Shown here piece by piece: positions 11,955 to 25,010 of a DNA stretch of 64,000 bases. The position numbers and the translations under genes were made by a program. Origin of the DNA: Octopus sinensis (taxonomy: Eukaryota); NCBI RefSeq assembly GCF_006345805.1, contig NC_043010.1, positions 58,218,001 through 58,282,000 of the forward strand, given 5' to 3'. The notes under the pieces are model-generated. The model saw only the letters and a program-made list of their open reading frames with translations, did no database searches and had not been told where the DNA came from. Numbering within the stretch: position 1 is the first letter of the stretch; every line of letters begins with the position of its first letter.

Positions 11955-12290
11955 TCATCAAGATTTAATGTCCCCTGTCCATGCTAGCATGCATTGGACA
12001 GTTTGATCAGAGCTGGCAACCTGGGGAGTTGCACCAGACTTCAGTCTGCTTTGGCATGGTTCCTATGGTTGGGTGCCCTTCCTAACACCAACCACTCTAC
12101 AGAGTGCACAGAGTGCTTTTACATGGCACTGCACGGGTGCTTTATGTGGCACTGCCATGGGTGCTTTCCACATGGCACCAGCCCAAAACTCTTGCAGATC
12201 AATCCTCACCACCAGTAAGACTACAGACCTCCTTGAGTACAGCAAGGTGCCAGGCATCTCAGTCCTTTGTCACCTCACCTGAAAGGTTCA
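11955..12290 (-). mobile_element. Old RTE-3'-UTR-type tail fragment
   Basis: CCATGCTAGCATG and GGGTGCCCTTCCTAACACCAACCACT blocks match the RTE 3' end at 56860-57010 in reverse. Confidence 0.7.
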
Positions 12291-12602
12291 GCATCTAAAT
12301 TACACATATGCGTCACACAATGCATTATACAATACAATTGTCTTTTTACAAATCAATGCAGATACAGAAAGCTAGCTCATCAGATCATCAACACATCATG
12401 GTTACACTAATGAGTAATTTCATCAAATGGATCTCCTGGATTCCAGTTGCATAGAACTCAGCATTATACTCCTTTGTATAGGAGTACCATGTGGTCTGTT
12501 AGCCAAGTCGACTAAAGAAGCTTACTGTGATAGCCACATGACTCTATGAATTCATACATTACACACACACATTATGTTTGTGTGTTTTGGCTGCAAGATC
12601 CC

Positions 12603-12810
12603 TGATGTGAAATCGTGTGTTGATACAGACATTGGTATATTTCAGGATGGTCATTTTTCATTTATTTATTTACTTAATTTTTTTTCTTTTGCCAAATAAA
12701 CACACACACACTATACATTCGTTCTTCACTTCAGACTTGTTATTGCTCTTGTTTTAGTGTTGTTTGTCTGGAAATCTTTCATCATACATCCTGCGACCTC
12801 TTCAGCAACT
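12603..12810 (-). mobile_element. Short repeat (same family as 10110-10420) with decayed hammerhead-like 5' end
   Basis: Minus strand GTTG CTGAAGA G GTCGC AGGATGT ATGAT GAAA GATTT C CAGAC at 12808-12766; body TTCTTCACTTCAG and GATGTGAAAT shared with 10085-10185. Confidence 0.6.
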
Positions 12811-14371
12811 ATCCATCCCATGTGTCTCCTCCTGTTCTGTTTAGCCCATGGATAAAGGGTGTAAAATAAAAACAATTATATATTTAAAAGGAAGAACGAA
12901 TATACAGTGCTTGTGTTTATTTGGCAAAAAAAAAAAAAGAAATGACCAACCCAAAATATAACAGTATATAGGTATACATATCCATTATGTGTAACAGAAA
13001 TTGTATTAGAATGAAATGGCCATCTGTGTATCATACCTACAAAAGCTAAATTGATTGTGGTGTTTGTCTATAGATGATATCCCCTAGGGACATACTGTGT
13101 CAAAAAAACACAAAAATATATCAGTAGTAGATGAAAATCATCTAAAGGCAATGGTGGCAAAGCTAGGTATGCATTGTCCATAAGAGAGATATACTGTGGT
13201 TAACTGAGCTTTCATTACGTATTTACATTAAGTAATATATAACATAAACATCTCCCTCTCTCTCTCTCATCTCTCCATATATAAATATATATATATATAT
13301 ATTATATATAATATATATTATATATATATATATATACTATGATATATATACAAATAAGAAAATGGAGAAACAATTTAGTTGGTTCTCAGCTTTCGGATAT
13401 TAGAATGTTGAATCATTTATTCATTTAACAAAATGAGAACCTTAATAGCATAAATATATACATTATAATTCAATATACACATTTATATATGTGTGTGTTT
13501 ATATATCTATAGTCAATGTAATGCTATTTGTGTTGAAGTCCACTGCTCCAAGTACAATAGGATGCGTAAATTGGTCTGTGTTAAGAAGGGCATCCAACCA
13601 TAGAAGCCATGTCAAAGTTGACATTGAAACTTGAGCGTAACCTTGCAGCATACCGGATCTTCTCACACTGTCCAACCCATGCCAGCATGGAAAATAGACG
13701 TTAAATGATGATAATAATGATAATGGTGTGGTGGTGACAATGATAATGGTGATGATGATGGAGATGGTGATGATAATGGTGATGTGGCCTAAAATGAAGT
13801 GCAGTTTAAAAAACTTAAACCAGGAAGTATATTTGTTTCACTTTAGTGAAGAATTGTTTAATCAAAGAAGAGACACAGCAAATCTACCAAACGAAGAATA
13901 ATCTGGCCTTGACATGCATTTTGCTGCTAATGCAGCATTTGCAGCCTCTGCCTTTACCAGTGTTCCACTAATGGTGCAATATTCCTCCTATACTGCTAAA
14001 TGTGTTTGGTCTCACCAGGAACTTGAAAAGAAAGGAAGGAATTCACCATTATTACTCTACACCAAAGCAAGAAAAGGAAGGACATCTTGTCCAGTCAGGC
14101 CTTATTTTTTACTGAAAATCTCATAAAAGTAGATAGGCATGAATAAATGTGTATGTATATATGTGTATGTATGCATGTATGTATGTATGTGTATATGAAT
14201 GAGTGTGCGTATGTATGTATGTATATATATATATATCTATATATAGATAGATAGATATATAGATAAATAAATATACATATATACATAATATATATATATA
14301 CATACACATTTATATATATAATTTATGCATGTTTATATATATATATTATATATATATATATATATAAAGAC

Positions 14372-14409
<38 letters not shown>

Positions 14410-14577
14410 ATAAATATACATATATACATAATATATATATATATATATACATATTTTTAAATATGTAATTTACGCATGTTTATATATGTATATATATATA
14501 GATAGATAGATATACATAAGAATATATGTATAAATATTTTTAAATATGTAATTGATGCATGTTTATATATATATGAA

Positions 14578-14795
14578 GAAAATAAGACAAGGTAAAAAAT
14601 GCTAAAATAATTTTATCATGAAGAACATTTTAGTGTTGGAGTAAAGTATGAAAAACAATTAAATTGTGGAAAAATCAAATAAAAATTGTTTTTCGTACTT
14701 TACTCTAAGTTGAAAAAGTCACAATGACTGAAACCAGCACTAAAATGTTCTTCATGATAAAATTATTTTAGCATTTTCTACCTTGTCTTATTTTC
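14578..14795. repeat. Nested inverted repeat (MITE-like foldback)
   Basis: Outer arms 14578-14639/14734-14795; inner arms AGTAAAGTATGAAAAACAATT 14640-14660/14684-14704. Confidence 0.9.
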
Positions 14796-15589
14796 CTTAT
14801 ACATATCAACTCCTGTGTTCCTTTTCAACCCTCTACATATATACATATATATACACACATACATAGTTACATACGTATAAATATAGATATGTTCTATCCA
14901 CTGACAAGAGATTTTTTTTTTCAATTAAAAACAGAGAGTCACCTGAGTTTTTAATTGATGAAATATACACAGGTAATTAAGAGATGTAATTAACTTGAAT
15001 ATATGCACCTCTATCTCAGACTACTCCATATTTTAACACTCCTGCTCTTCACTTTGCAAAGGGACACATGAGTGACCAGAAATGTGCAATTGTGAGGTCC
15101 CTTTAACTACCTCCATAATTGGGGTCACATAAAAGGTACCAAGTACACTCTATTGAGTGTAAGGTTGTGGGGACCTATTAGCCATGTCAAGGACAAGTTG
15201 CCCCTTTATGGCTGGTGGCACGAAAAAGCAGCCAGCACACTCTGCAAGGTGGTTGGCATTTGGAAGGGCATTGAGTTGCAGATCCATTCCAACATGAAAT
15301 GGGAGCAAGATGTGGTCGTCTCAAACCATGAAGAATAGCAAAAACATCTAACCCTGTTAGCATGGACAGTTTATTTAAAACAACAATGATGATGATAATG
15401 ATGATGTCGACATAAACATACCCACACCCACCCATATATGTACAAACACACACATACTCACTCACACACACATGCAAATATGTATGGTCAGTTCTATTTT
15501 TCATTATTTGAAATCTTCCTGTAAAGCTGGAACTGCTTTCTAACAAAGACACGAAACTCCATCATTGGAATGTAGATAACAAAAAGAAA

Positions 15590-15775
15590 GTCACTTCTGA
15601 AACTTGAGAAAAGTCTTGCATATTTTTACTGTTCCACTTACAGACTGCATATGTAACTGTGAGCCAGTTGGTTGATTTGTTTTTCCTAGCTTATCCAAAT
15701 CGTCACTTAGGCACTTACTCACAGAACCAAGTGCACCAATTATTATTGGTATAAATGTGAATTTATAATCTGAAT
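15590..15775 (-). mobile_element. RLE-type non-LTR retrotransposon C-terminal fragment
   Basis: DYKFTFIPIIIGALGSVSKCL...QSVSGTVKICKTFLKF, the terminal PIIIGALG motif of restriction-like-endonuclease LINEs. Confidence 0.75.
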
Positions 15776-16002
15776 ATCTATATACACATACATATATATA
15801 CATATAAGTATGTCTGCATCAGTGGTGTTTCCTGTATATATATAATACATATGATATGGTTTAAGAATGCATAGGCCAAAAGTAGTTTTGATGTTTCCGT
15901 GTTAATTAGAGCAGGAATTTGTACTTATGTACTTCATGTCCCCTCAATGAAAAGACTTTGATTCTTAATATGACATACACTGGCTTCAGGGTCACAACTT
16001 GC

Positions 16003-16063
<61 letters not shown>

Positions 16064-16179
16064 TGTGTGTGTGTGTGTGTGTGCACACCACACACATATG
16101 GAATTTGTATTCTACAAAAGTATAGAGTGACCCACCTCTCAGATTCATGTTAAATTATTTTTATTAAAACTGGACATGA

Positions 16180-16518
16180 AAAAAACAAGGATCTATCTAT
16201 ATAGATATATATGTCCATATCTATATATATATATATAGATATATAACCATGTATATTTATATATATATATATTTTATATCCATATCTACATATATATATA
16301 GATATATATCCATATCTATCTATATATAATAGATATAGATCCATATATCTATCTATATATATATATTATATCTATATATATCCATATTGTATGTGTATAT
16401 ATATTATATATATATATATATATACTATACAGATATGGATATATCATCATCCATCATCATCATGGAGAAACGGACGTTAAACGATGATGATGATGATATA
16501 TTATATATATATATATAT

Positions 16519-16560
<42 letters not shown>

Positions 16561-16802
16561 CGATAGATAGATAGATATCCATATATAGATACATATATAT
16601 CTATATAAATATATATAAGCTTCCACAACCACATGGTCTGGGGTTCAGTTCACTAAATTGTTACTTTGGGAAGTATGTTCTGTAGTTCTAGCCAGATCAA
16701 AGTTTTGAGTGGATTTCGAGGATGGAAACGGAAAGAAGCCTGTTATATATTATATAAATCTAAATAGTATATATATATATATGTATATATATATATGTAG
16801 TA

Positions 16803-16844
<42 letters not shown>

Positions 16845-17027
16845 GGTTGATATATATATATAGATATATATATATATATATATATATATGTTGGATATAT
16901 AATATATAGAATATGTATGATATATATAGTATATATATATATATGTATGTATAGATTATATATATAGATATAAATATATATATTAATATAATATGGAGTA
17001 TATATTATATATATATATGTAATATAG

Positions 17028-17090
<63 letters not shown>

Positions 17091-17122
17091 ATATATATAT
17101 ATATTATATATATTATACATAC

Positions 17123-17192
<70 letters not shown>
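16180..17192. repeat. Long (TA)n/(TAGA)n compound microsatellite block with small embedded SINE and RTE-tail pieces
   Basis: Direct inspection. Confidence 0.95.
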
Positions 17193-17196
<4 letters not shown>

Positions 17197-17803
17197 GGTC
17201 CCGGGTTTGAGTGGGTTAACCACAGTAAATAAGGTACTCAATACATAGCAGAGTAAATTAATTTATTATATTATTTAGTCCTGTAGAAGCTCCTTTATAT
17301 ATATAAAATAATATATATATATATATGTTTGTGTTGCGAGAGAGTGTGTGTGGTGCCCCAGTTAGTGCTGTGAGCTACCTGGTGACCACATAACAGCCAG
17401 TGCCAAGAAAAGAACCCCAGTATACTCTGTAAAGTTGTTGGTGTTAGGAAGGTCATCCAGCCGTACATAACTGTACCAACAGCATTACAGCACCATGTCA
17501 TCTTGCATCACATCAGATCTGGTTAAACCATTTATCTGTAACAATCTGGATTTTATGATGAAGATGATGATATCTATAAGAGTGTGTGTGTGTGTGTGTG
17601 TATGTGTGTGTGTGTGTAGTTCATATAGGCATGAGCATGTCCTTGCAGTTGTGTACCCTAGGAGCAGCACCATTTTGGAAGTATTTATCCCTATAACAGC
17701 ATCACTTACAACACTATACACACCCCATTGCATAGAATTGTATACACATCACTATATTTTCATTTAGGTTCAGAAAACAATTTTACACATGAGTACATAT
17801 GGG

Positions 17804-17844
<41 letters not shown>

Positions 17845-18422
17845 TGCCCCCACTCTCTCTCATGTATATAAATGTTCATATACATATGCTTAGATACAAT
17901 TAAATATGTGTGTTCATATATCTATATATATATATATATATATTTTATATTTTATATATATATATAGACATAATATATATATATATATATATATATATAG
18001 ATATATATATATACTAAATATATACATATACACATATATAAATTTATACATATAAAATATATACATATACACATATATATATATTATAGGATGTATATAT
18101 ACACAATATAACTTTTTATATATCTAAGCATATAAATATATATATATATATATGCATATATTGTATATGCATATGTGTATATGCATATATATATATTATA
18201 TATATAATATATATATATATATACTCATTAATTCTTTAACTAATTTAATACTAATTAATTGTTTCAGCACTCATGCTTGGGCAGCACATATACATATGTA
18301 TACATATATACACACACACTCACACATATATAAATGTATATATATAAGACAGATGTTAAACAATGATGATAGTGATATACATATGTATGTATGTATATAC
18401 ATATACAGAATATAAATACATG

Positions 18423-18455
<33 letters not shown>

Positions 18456-19623
18456 GTATGTGTGTGTATGACTGGTGTTTCCTATAAGACTATAAGACAT
18501 GCAATGCCTGTCTAAGATATGCAAATCAATGCAAATAAAAGCTGGTTTTAATCTAAATCTTTCACTTGAGAAGGGAGCATAGGATGAAGGGCAGCTCCAT
18601 GTTCTCTCAAACCCTGTAGGGTTTTCATGTTTAAATATTACAGTTTGCGTAGTAATTATAATATCACAGGTAGACCCTGCTAGTTCCCTTCCACCTCCTG
18701 CATACATATTCATACACACGTACATATATATATACACACATACATATACTCATATATATTCACATATTTCAAGCATACATAGATAAATTCAAACACACGT
18801 GTGTGTATATACACACATCTACATTTATATACAATTAAATTTCTATATATTATCTGCACACATACACCCACCTTCCATATATATATACATATATATGTGT
18901 GTGTGTGTGTGTGTATGTGTATATACACATACACACACATACACATGCTACACGCTTAATGTTGCAAACTTAAAGAAAATTCGAAGTTACTGTCGACAAA
19001 ATTATTATCATTATTAGAAATTATGTCTTTCTGCACAGGTATTGAGTCCTTTAATCATTTTGTTGTTTTTCTACATATAAACACACTAACTTTTCAAACA
19101 TGTGTATACACACAGATGTACATATACATGTGCAGAAATGAATATAATGCATATATAAAGAGAGGGAGTGAGTGAGTGAGAGAGAGAGAGATTGAGAAGG
19201 GGAGGAGTGGTAATTTCACTGGTCATTGTTTTTGTTTTCCTTTAGCCAACAACAAAACAGTTTAACAACAACAATAACAACGAAGAAAATAGTGGTGGAG
19301 TTGGGGGTGGCAGCAGCGGTGGTGGTGGGTTTGGTGGGGAGTGGGGGGTGGTACAGTGAAGGGATGGTTTGTTAGGGTGTGTCGTGAGTGGGTGGTTTGG
19401 TGAGGGGGTTTGTTGTGGTGAGGGGTTGGTGTGATCAGGTGATGCGATGTGGTGGCCTTGATGCTGTGAATGAAATGTACAAGTGAGAGAGAGAGGGAAA
19501 AGGAGAGAGAAAGAGAGAGAGAAAGAGAGAGAAGGAGAGAGAGAAAAAGAGAGAGAGAGAGAGAGAAAGAGAAAGAGAGAAAGAGAGAAGAGAGAGAGGG
19601 AAAGAGAGAGAGAGAGAGAGGGG

Positions 19624-19666
<43 letters not shown>

Positions 19667-19825
19667 ATGGGTGAAATGGAATGAAATGTTGTGATTGAAA
19701 AGTGTTGTTTTGTTTATGTAGAGACACGGTGTGTTTGGGAAGAGATGAAGAGGTGGAAGGGGTGGGTGTGACGGGGGGTGGTGGCTGTGTGACGTTGTGG
19801 CATTGATGCCATCCATCGCACTTAC

Positions 19826-19843
19826 CTGTCTCAGATGGTCCAT
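19826..19843 (-). CDS. Candidate first coding exon (MDHLRQ, phase-0 intron) of an unidentified gene
   Basis: ATG with A at -3 and G at +4, in-frame TAA 9 nt upstream, perfect donor CAG|GTAAGT at 19825; unique sequence with a (CAG)n tract upstream; downstream exons not established. Confidence 0.5.
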
Positions 19844-20804
19844 AATCCGTTAAAGGTGAGAGAAGGAAAGTCCAGATCCTGCTTTTAGCTTCAATTACAG
19901 ATTTCTCTCTCCCTCTCCTTCCCTTTCTCCTTCTCTCGCCCTTATTCGCTATCCATGCAGCTTCCCACTGCTGCTGCTGCTGCTGCTGCTGCTGTTGTTG
20001 TTTAGCCCAATCCAGTGGACCTTATTATTTATGACAATCCAACCATGACACTTTTCCTTGTTATTTCTATAACTTCTTACTAGATCCTTTAAAGTGTCCT
20101 TCCAATATTTAAAAACAATCATTTGATGGATACTTAGCTGCTATTTCTGGCACTGCTTCTTGTGTTGTTGTTGTTATTGTTGTGATATTTGTTACTGTTG
20201 TTGTGGTGGTGGTGGTGGTGGTGGCTAGTATCAAGTGTTGTTGTGTAAGTGTTTATGTTGTAGTTTTGTAGTGGTGGCATTGGTGTTGTGAGGGTAGTAG
20301 TAAGTGGTAGTGGTTGTAGTGGTGCTCTAGTTGCTAATGATGGCTCTTTATCCTAAGATCGACCCTCAGAGTAGACAAACAACCAAAGACGTTCCATCCA
20401 TGACCATCTCGCCTCTCCATATCTAGCCTGCAACCATACAAACTAGTCTGTGCTTTCAAAAGTCAGTTGGGTGTGATTTGAGGAAGACTTGGCTGCTATT
20501 TCTAACAACCCAAGGACGCCCACACAGAAGACCCCCACCAGATGGCAATTTGGTGTTTAGGTTGTAGTTCCTAGTGGTAATGTTAATACATGCAATGTTA
20601 CATCTGAACATGTGGTGTTACTCTTGTTGTGGCCATTATTATTATTAGTGGTGGTGGGGGGGGGTATTAGTGCTAGTAGCAATAAAGGTGGTAGTTTTTA
20701 TAAACATCACTGGACTCCTTACAGTTTGTTAGGGACGTTAATGCTGCAGTATACCGTGGTGTGTTAATGTTGGGGTTACAGTGGTGATGGATGATTCCAG
20801 TCAG

Positions 20805-20822
20805 GTAGTAGTAGTAGCCGTA

Positions 20823-20878
<56 letters not shown>

Positions 20879-20910
20879 GGTGGTGGTGGTGGTGGTGGTG
20901 GTGGTGGTGG
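20805..20910. repeat. Compound trinucleotide array (GTA)n directly followed by (GTG)n
   Basis: Direct inspection. Confidence 0.95.
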
Positions 20911-21494
20911 CGGCGCTTTTGGCGTGAAGCAAGCGGAAAGGGAGGAACGCGCTGACAATTGTAACAATAAAGAGTATGTAATGTGCAGCAGATTCCGTAC
21001 AAGTCACATCTGAGATACGTACACACAAACACACATACACACACACACACATACACACACACACATACACACAAATCCCTAAGAGTGTGTATACATGTAG
21101 ATGTATAAGTCAATATATAAGTGTGTGTGTGTGTGTTTTTGTATATATAACATTTGGGTGTACATTTGTGTAAATGTATGCCGGTGTCTATAACATGTGC
21201 GTATGTTTATATGTTGAAGTTTGTGCAAGCATGCGGACAGAATTGCATGATACATAAATCTATATATTTATATGTATATCTATATATATATGTATATATC
21301 TATATGGGTGATGTGTGTGTGTGTGTGTGTGTATGTGTGCGTGAGTGTGTAAGTGTATGCGATTACACAACTCCAAGCTAGGATCAGAGATTTAAACAGA
21401 TTGTGCAATGACTACATAATGTGTGTAATACATTTCAGCAAGTAAACATGAGACTATGTGTGTATATGAATATGTGAAGGTGTATAAGAAGGAA

Positions 21495-21557
21495 TGTGTT
21501 TGTGTGTATATATATATATATATTATATATATATATATGTATATGTATAAATATATA

Positions 21558-21636
<79 letters not shown>

Positions 21637-22163
21637 ATATAAATATATATGTGTGTATGTGTATATATATAATATATATGTGTGTGTATATATATATGTG
21701 TGTGTGTGTGTATACATATATATATATCAACCAAGCTAGCTAGATAGATAAACAGACAGAAAGATGGGTGGATAGACAGCAAGATAGAAAGATATGTTTA
21801 CATAGTGTATATACATAATAATATAAGTCACTTTACATACAAAGAAATACAACAAATAAAGCATAAAAGAACTCAATACCTACTTAGAGTAAATATCTAA
21901 TTAGATATTTCATTGTGTTTATCATTCTCTTACTCAGAGTTTTCTGCATTGTACTCTTGGACATTCTTCAGATTGTGCTATCCAATAGAAAAATAATAAG
22001 TAGTGAAAGATATTGGTCTTAGAGGAACATATCTGTTATATAAACTGGCACCTTCTGAAGAATAGCCAAGAATATTGCCTGGAAATTCTGAGTAACAGAA
22101 TGTAGGAAACTGGAAGTATAGCACTACACACACACACACACACATATATATGCATATATACAC

Positions 22164-22195
<32 letters not shown>

Positions 22196-22374
22196 ATGCA
22201 TATATACATATATACATATATATGTATACATTTATATATATGCCTATATATATATACATATGCCTATATATATATATATATATAAATAAAACAGACGTTA
22301 AACAATGATGATCATGATGATGTATGTATGTATATATAGACTATCTACCTATATATATATAAATATATGTGTAT

Positions 22375-22441
<67 letters not shown>

Positions 22442-22751
22442 TATATATATTATATATATATATGTGTATGTATGTATGTGTGTATATATATATATATAAT
22501 AGTATATATTACAAATATACATATATTCATATATATATGTATATATTTAAAAAAATGTGTATATATTGTATACATATATATTCATATGTATGTCAGTATC
22601 TATATATTTTTATATGCACACACACATATACATACATGTACACATATACATATGTATGTTCATATATATGTGTGTGTGTATACATACACAATATATATAT
22701 ATATATATATTTTTTTTTTTTTCTTTGACTTTCAGTCCAAGGACTGTGGCC

Positions 22752-22793
<42 letters not shown>

Positions 22794-22981
22794 TGAAAGG
22801 GGTTCTTTAGTCAAGTATACTCCATCTCACTACCTCTCCTTTCTTCTCTCTCACTTTATTTCTCATTCTCTCAACTTTAGCTAGACCATCTCATCTGTAT
22901 GCACACTGCGCTTCCGATGTATGTACATGTGCATCTATACCCACACACACACACAATATATATATATACACACACACACAA

Positions 22982-23028
<47 letters not shown>

Positions 23029-23589
23029 GTATATATATATACATATATATATGTATATACAAGTATATGTATATATATACATATGTATATACATGTATAT
23101 ATATGTTCATGTATGTATGTGTACACATGTGAGTGTGTATATGTGAGTGTGGTTGATGTATCAGTTGATATGTAAATATGTGAGGTTGTAAATGTACTTA
23201 GGTCAGGCCATCTCATCTGTATGCTCAGAGTGATGCCAGCGTTTGCACACATGCATCTATATACTTATATGTGTGTGTGTGTGTATACAGTTTTTATGCT
23301 AGTCTAACTAATCTGTATGCACAAAGTAATGCTTATTTGTATGCAGATATGCGCATGTGTGTGTGTGTGTGTATTTGGCTGGACCCACATGCATGTGTGT
23401 ATGCATGTGTGTGTGTGTCTGTGTCTGTGCATTCCTCCTCCCTCCCACACAGACCAGTTGATTGATGAGACGCTCATCTAATGGGCTCAATACTCACCTC
23501 ATATTCTCATCAGGCCACACATACACACATTCACACACACACACACACATATTTGTAGATATGTACGTTTACCTGTATATAGGCAGGTA

Positions 23590-23641
<52 letters not shown>

Positions 23642-23745
23642 GTGTATATATATATATATATGTGGTATATATATATATATATGACTTTTTTATTATATAT
23701 ATGGTATTTTTTATTATATATATGTGGTATTTTTTATAATATATC

Positions 23746-23770
<25 letters not shown>
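21495..23770. repeat. Dense (TA)n/(TG)n/(CA)n microsatellite field
   Basis: Direct inspection; source of the Y/I/C/V-rich ORFs. Confidence 0.95.
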
Positions 23771-23777
<7 letters not shown>

Positions 23778-24754
23778 GTAGAGAGAGAGAGGGAGAGAAG
23801 GAGAGAGAGAGATAGATAGGTAAGTAGGTAGATAGGTAGGTAGGTATGAAAGGAGGTAGGTAGGTGGATAGAGAGTCAGGTAGAAAAATAGATAGACCGA
23901 GAGGGCATATGTGCATGTAGAGATTGCATAGTAAAACATGAGATCTTCTCTTTCTCCAATAATGAAGACATTCCCTTTTAAATGGCTTTTTCTTTAGATT
24001 ATCACATTATAAAATCTCTCCACAACAAGGGATTTCAAACCAACCACCACCACCACCACCACCACTACTACTACTACTTCTCTCTTCACCACTCTCTCTG
24101 CTGCTCCTCCCATTGCTACTACTCCTCCAGCTGCTACCCTTTTCTTCTCCTTAAATGAGATTCCTCTAATTGTTTTCTGTTTTGTCTGAAATCCTTTCTC
24201 TCCCCTTTTTGCCTCATCCCTTCCTGCTCATCCTTTCCCTCCTTTCTCACTTTTTCCCTCTCTATCTATAAATCACCTCCACCCCATCTCTTTCTACCCC
24301 TCTTTCCCTTTTTCTCTCTGTGACTTCTTCCCTGAATGAGTTACCAGTAGATATCACCATCAGCATCACCATCCACCCCTTCCCACTCCACTTCCTACTC
24401 TGCTCCCTTCATTATCATCTCAATCACTACCATTGCCATCACCACCACCACCACCACCACCACCACCATCACTGTTAGCATCTTCATCGTTACCATCATC
24501 ATCATCATGATTATTATAATTAAGATAGAGGTGTGTAAGCACACACACACACACACACACACGTTACATGTGTGTGCTTTCTACTATAGCTCTGGGCCTT
24601 GTGAGTGGAAACTGTGTGGAAGCCCATTGTATATATGTGTGTGTGTGTGTGTAGATGTATATATGTATATGTGCAGTTATGTGTGAGTGTATACGTATGT
24701 GTATGCACGTGTCCTCTAATTTACTTCATACATGTTCTCTCAGTGTACTTTGTA

Positions 24755-25010
24755 CTAATGATGATGACGATGATGGTGGTGGTTGTGGTGGTGATGAGGA
24801 TGAAGGTGGTGGTGATGATGGCAATGATGCTGATAATGATGAAGATGATGATGATGATGATGATGATGATGGTGGTGGTGATGAGGATGAAGGTGGTGGT
24901 GGTGATGATGGCAATGATGCTGATAATGATGAAGATGATGATGATGATGAGATGATGATGATGATGATAATGATGATGATGATGGTGAAGATGCTAGTAA
25001 TGAGTGAAGC
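24755..25010. repeat. (GAT/GGT)n low-complexity tract with an internal block duplication
   Basis: GGTGGTGATGAGGATGAAGGTGGTGGT...GGCAATGATGCTGATAATGATGAAGAT occurs twice. Confidence 0.9.

Noticed and set aside
13380-13445. 8-bp inverted repeat GGTTCTCA/TGAGAACC around CCGAAAGC
   Set aside because: No CUGANGA-like core and no NUH triplet in register
16760-17232. Many Tyr/Ile-rich ORFs (also 21392-23252, 46547-49386, 52236-52950)
   Set aside because: Translations of (TA)n/(TACA)n microsatellites, which lack stops in some frames
19242-19825. Continuation of the 193-aa ORF after MDHLRQ
   Set aside because: Runs past a perfect donor into (CT)n and C-rich low-complexity sequence; treated as intron
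20673-21113. Poly-His/poly-Tyr/poly-Pro/poly-Thr ORFs
   Set aside because: All three frames of the (CAC)n(TAC)n array are open; no codon-level or splice evidence
23480-23520. Minus-strand GAG|GTGAGT donor and nearby CTGATGA
   Set aside because: No acceptor or open exon upstream (microsatellite), and no GAAA or helix II for a hammerhead
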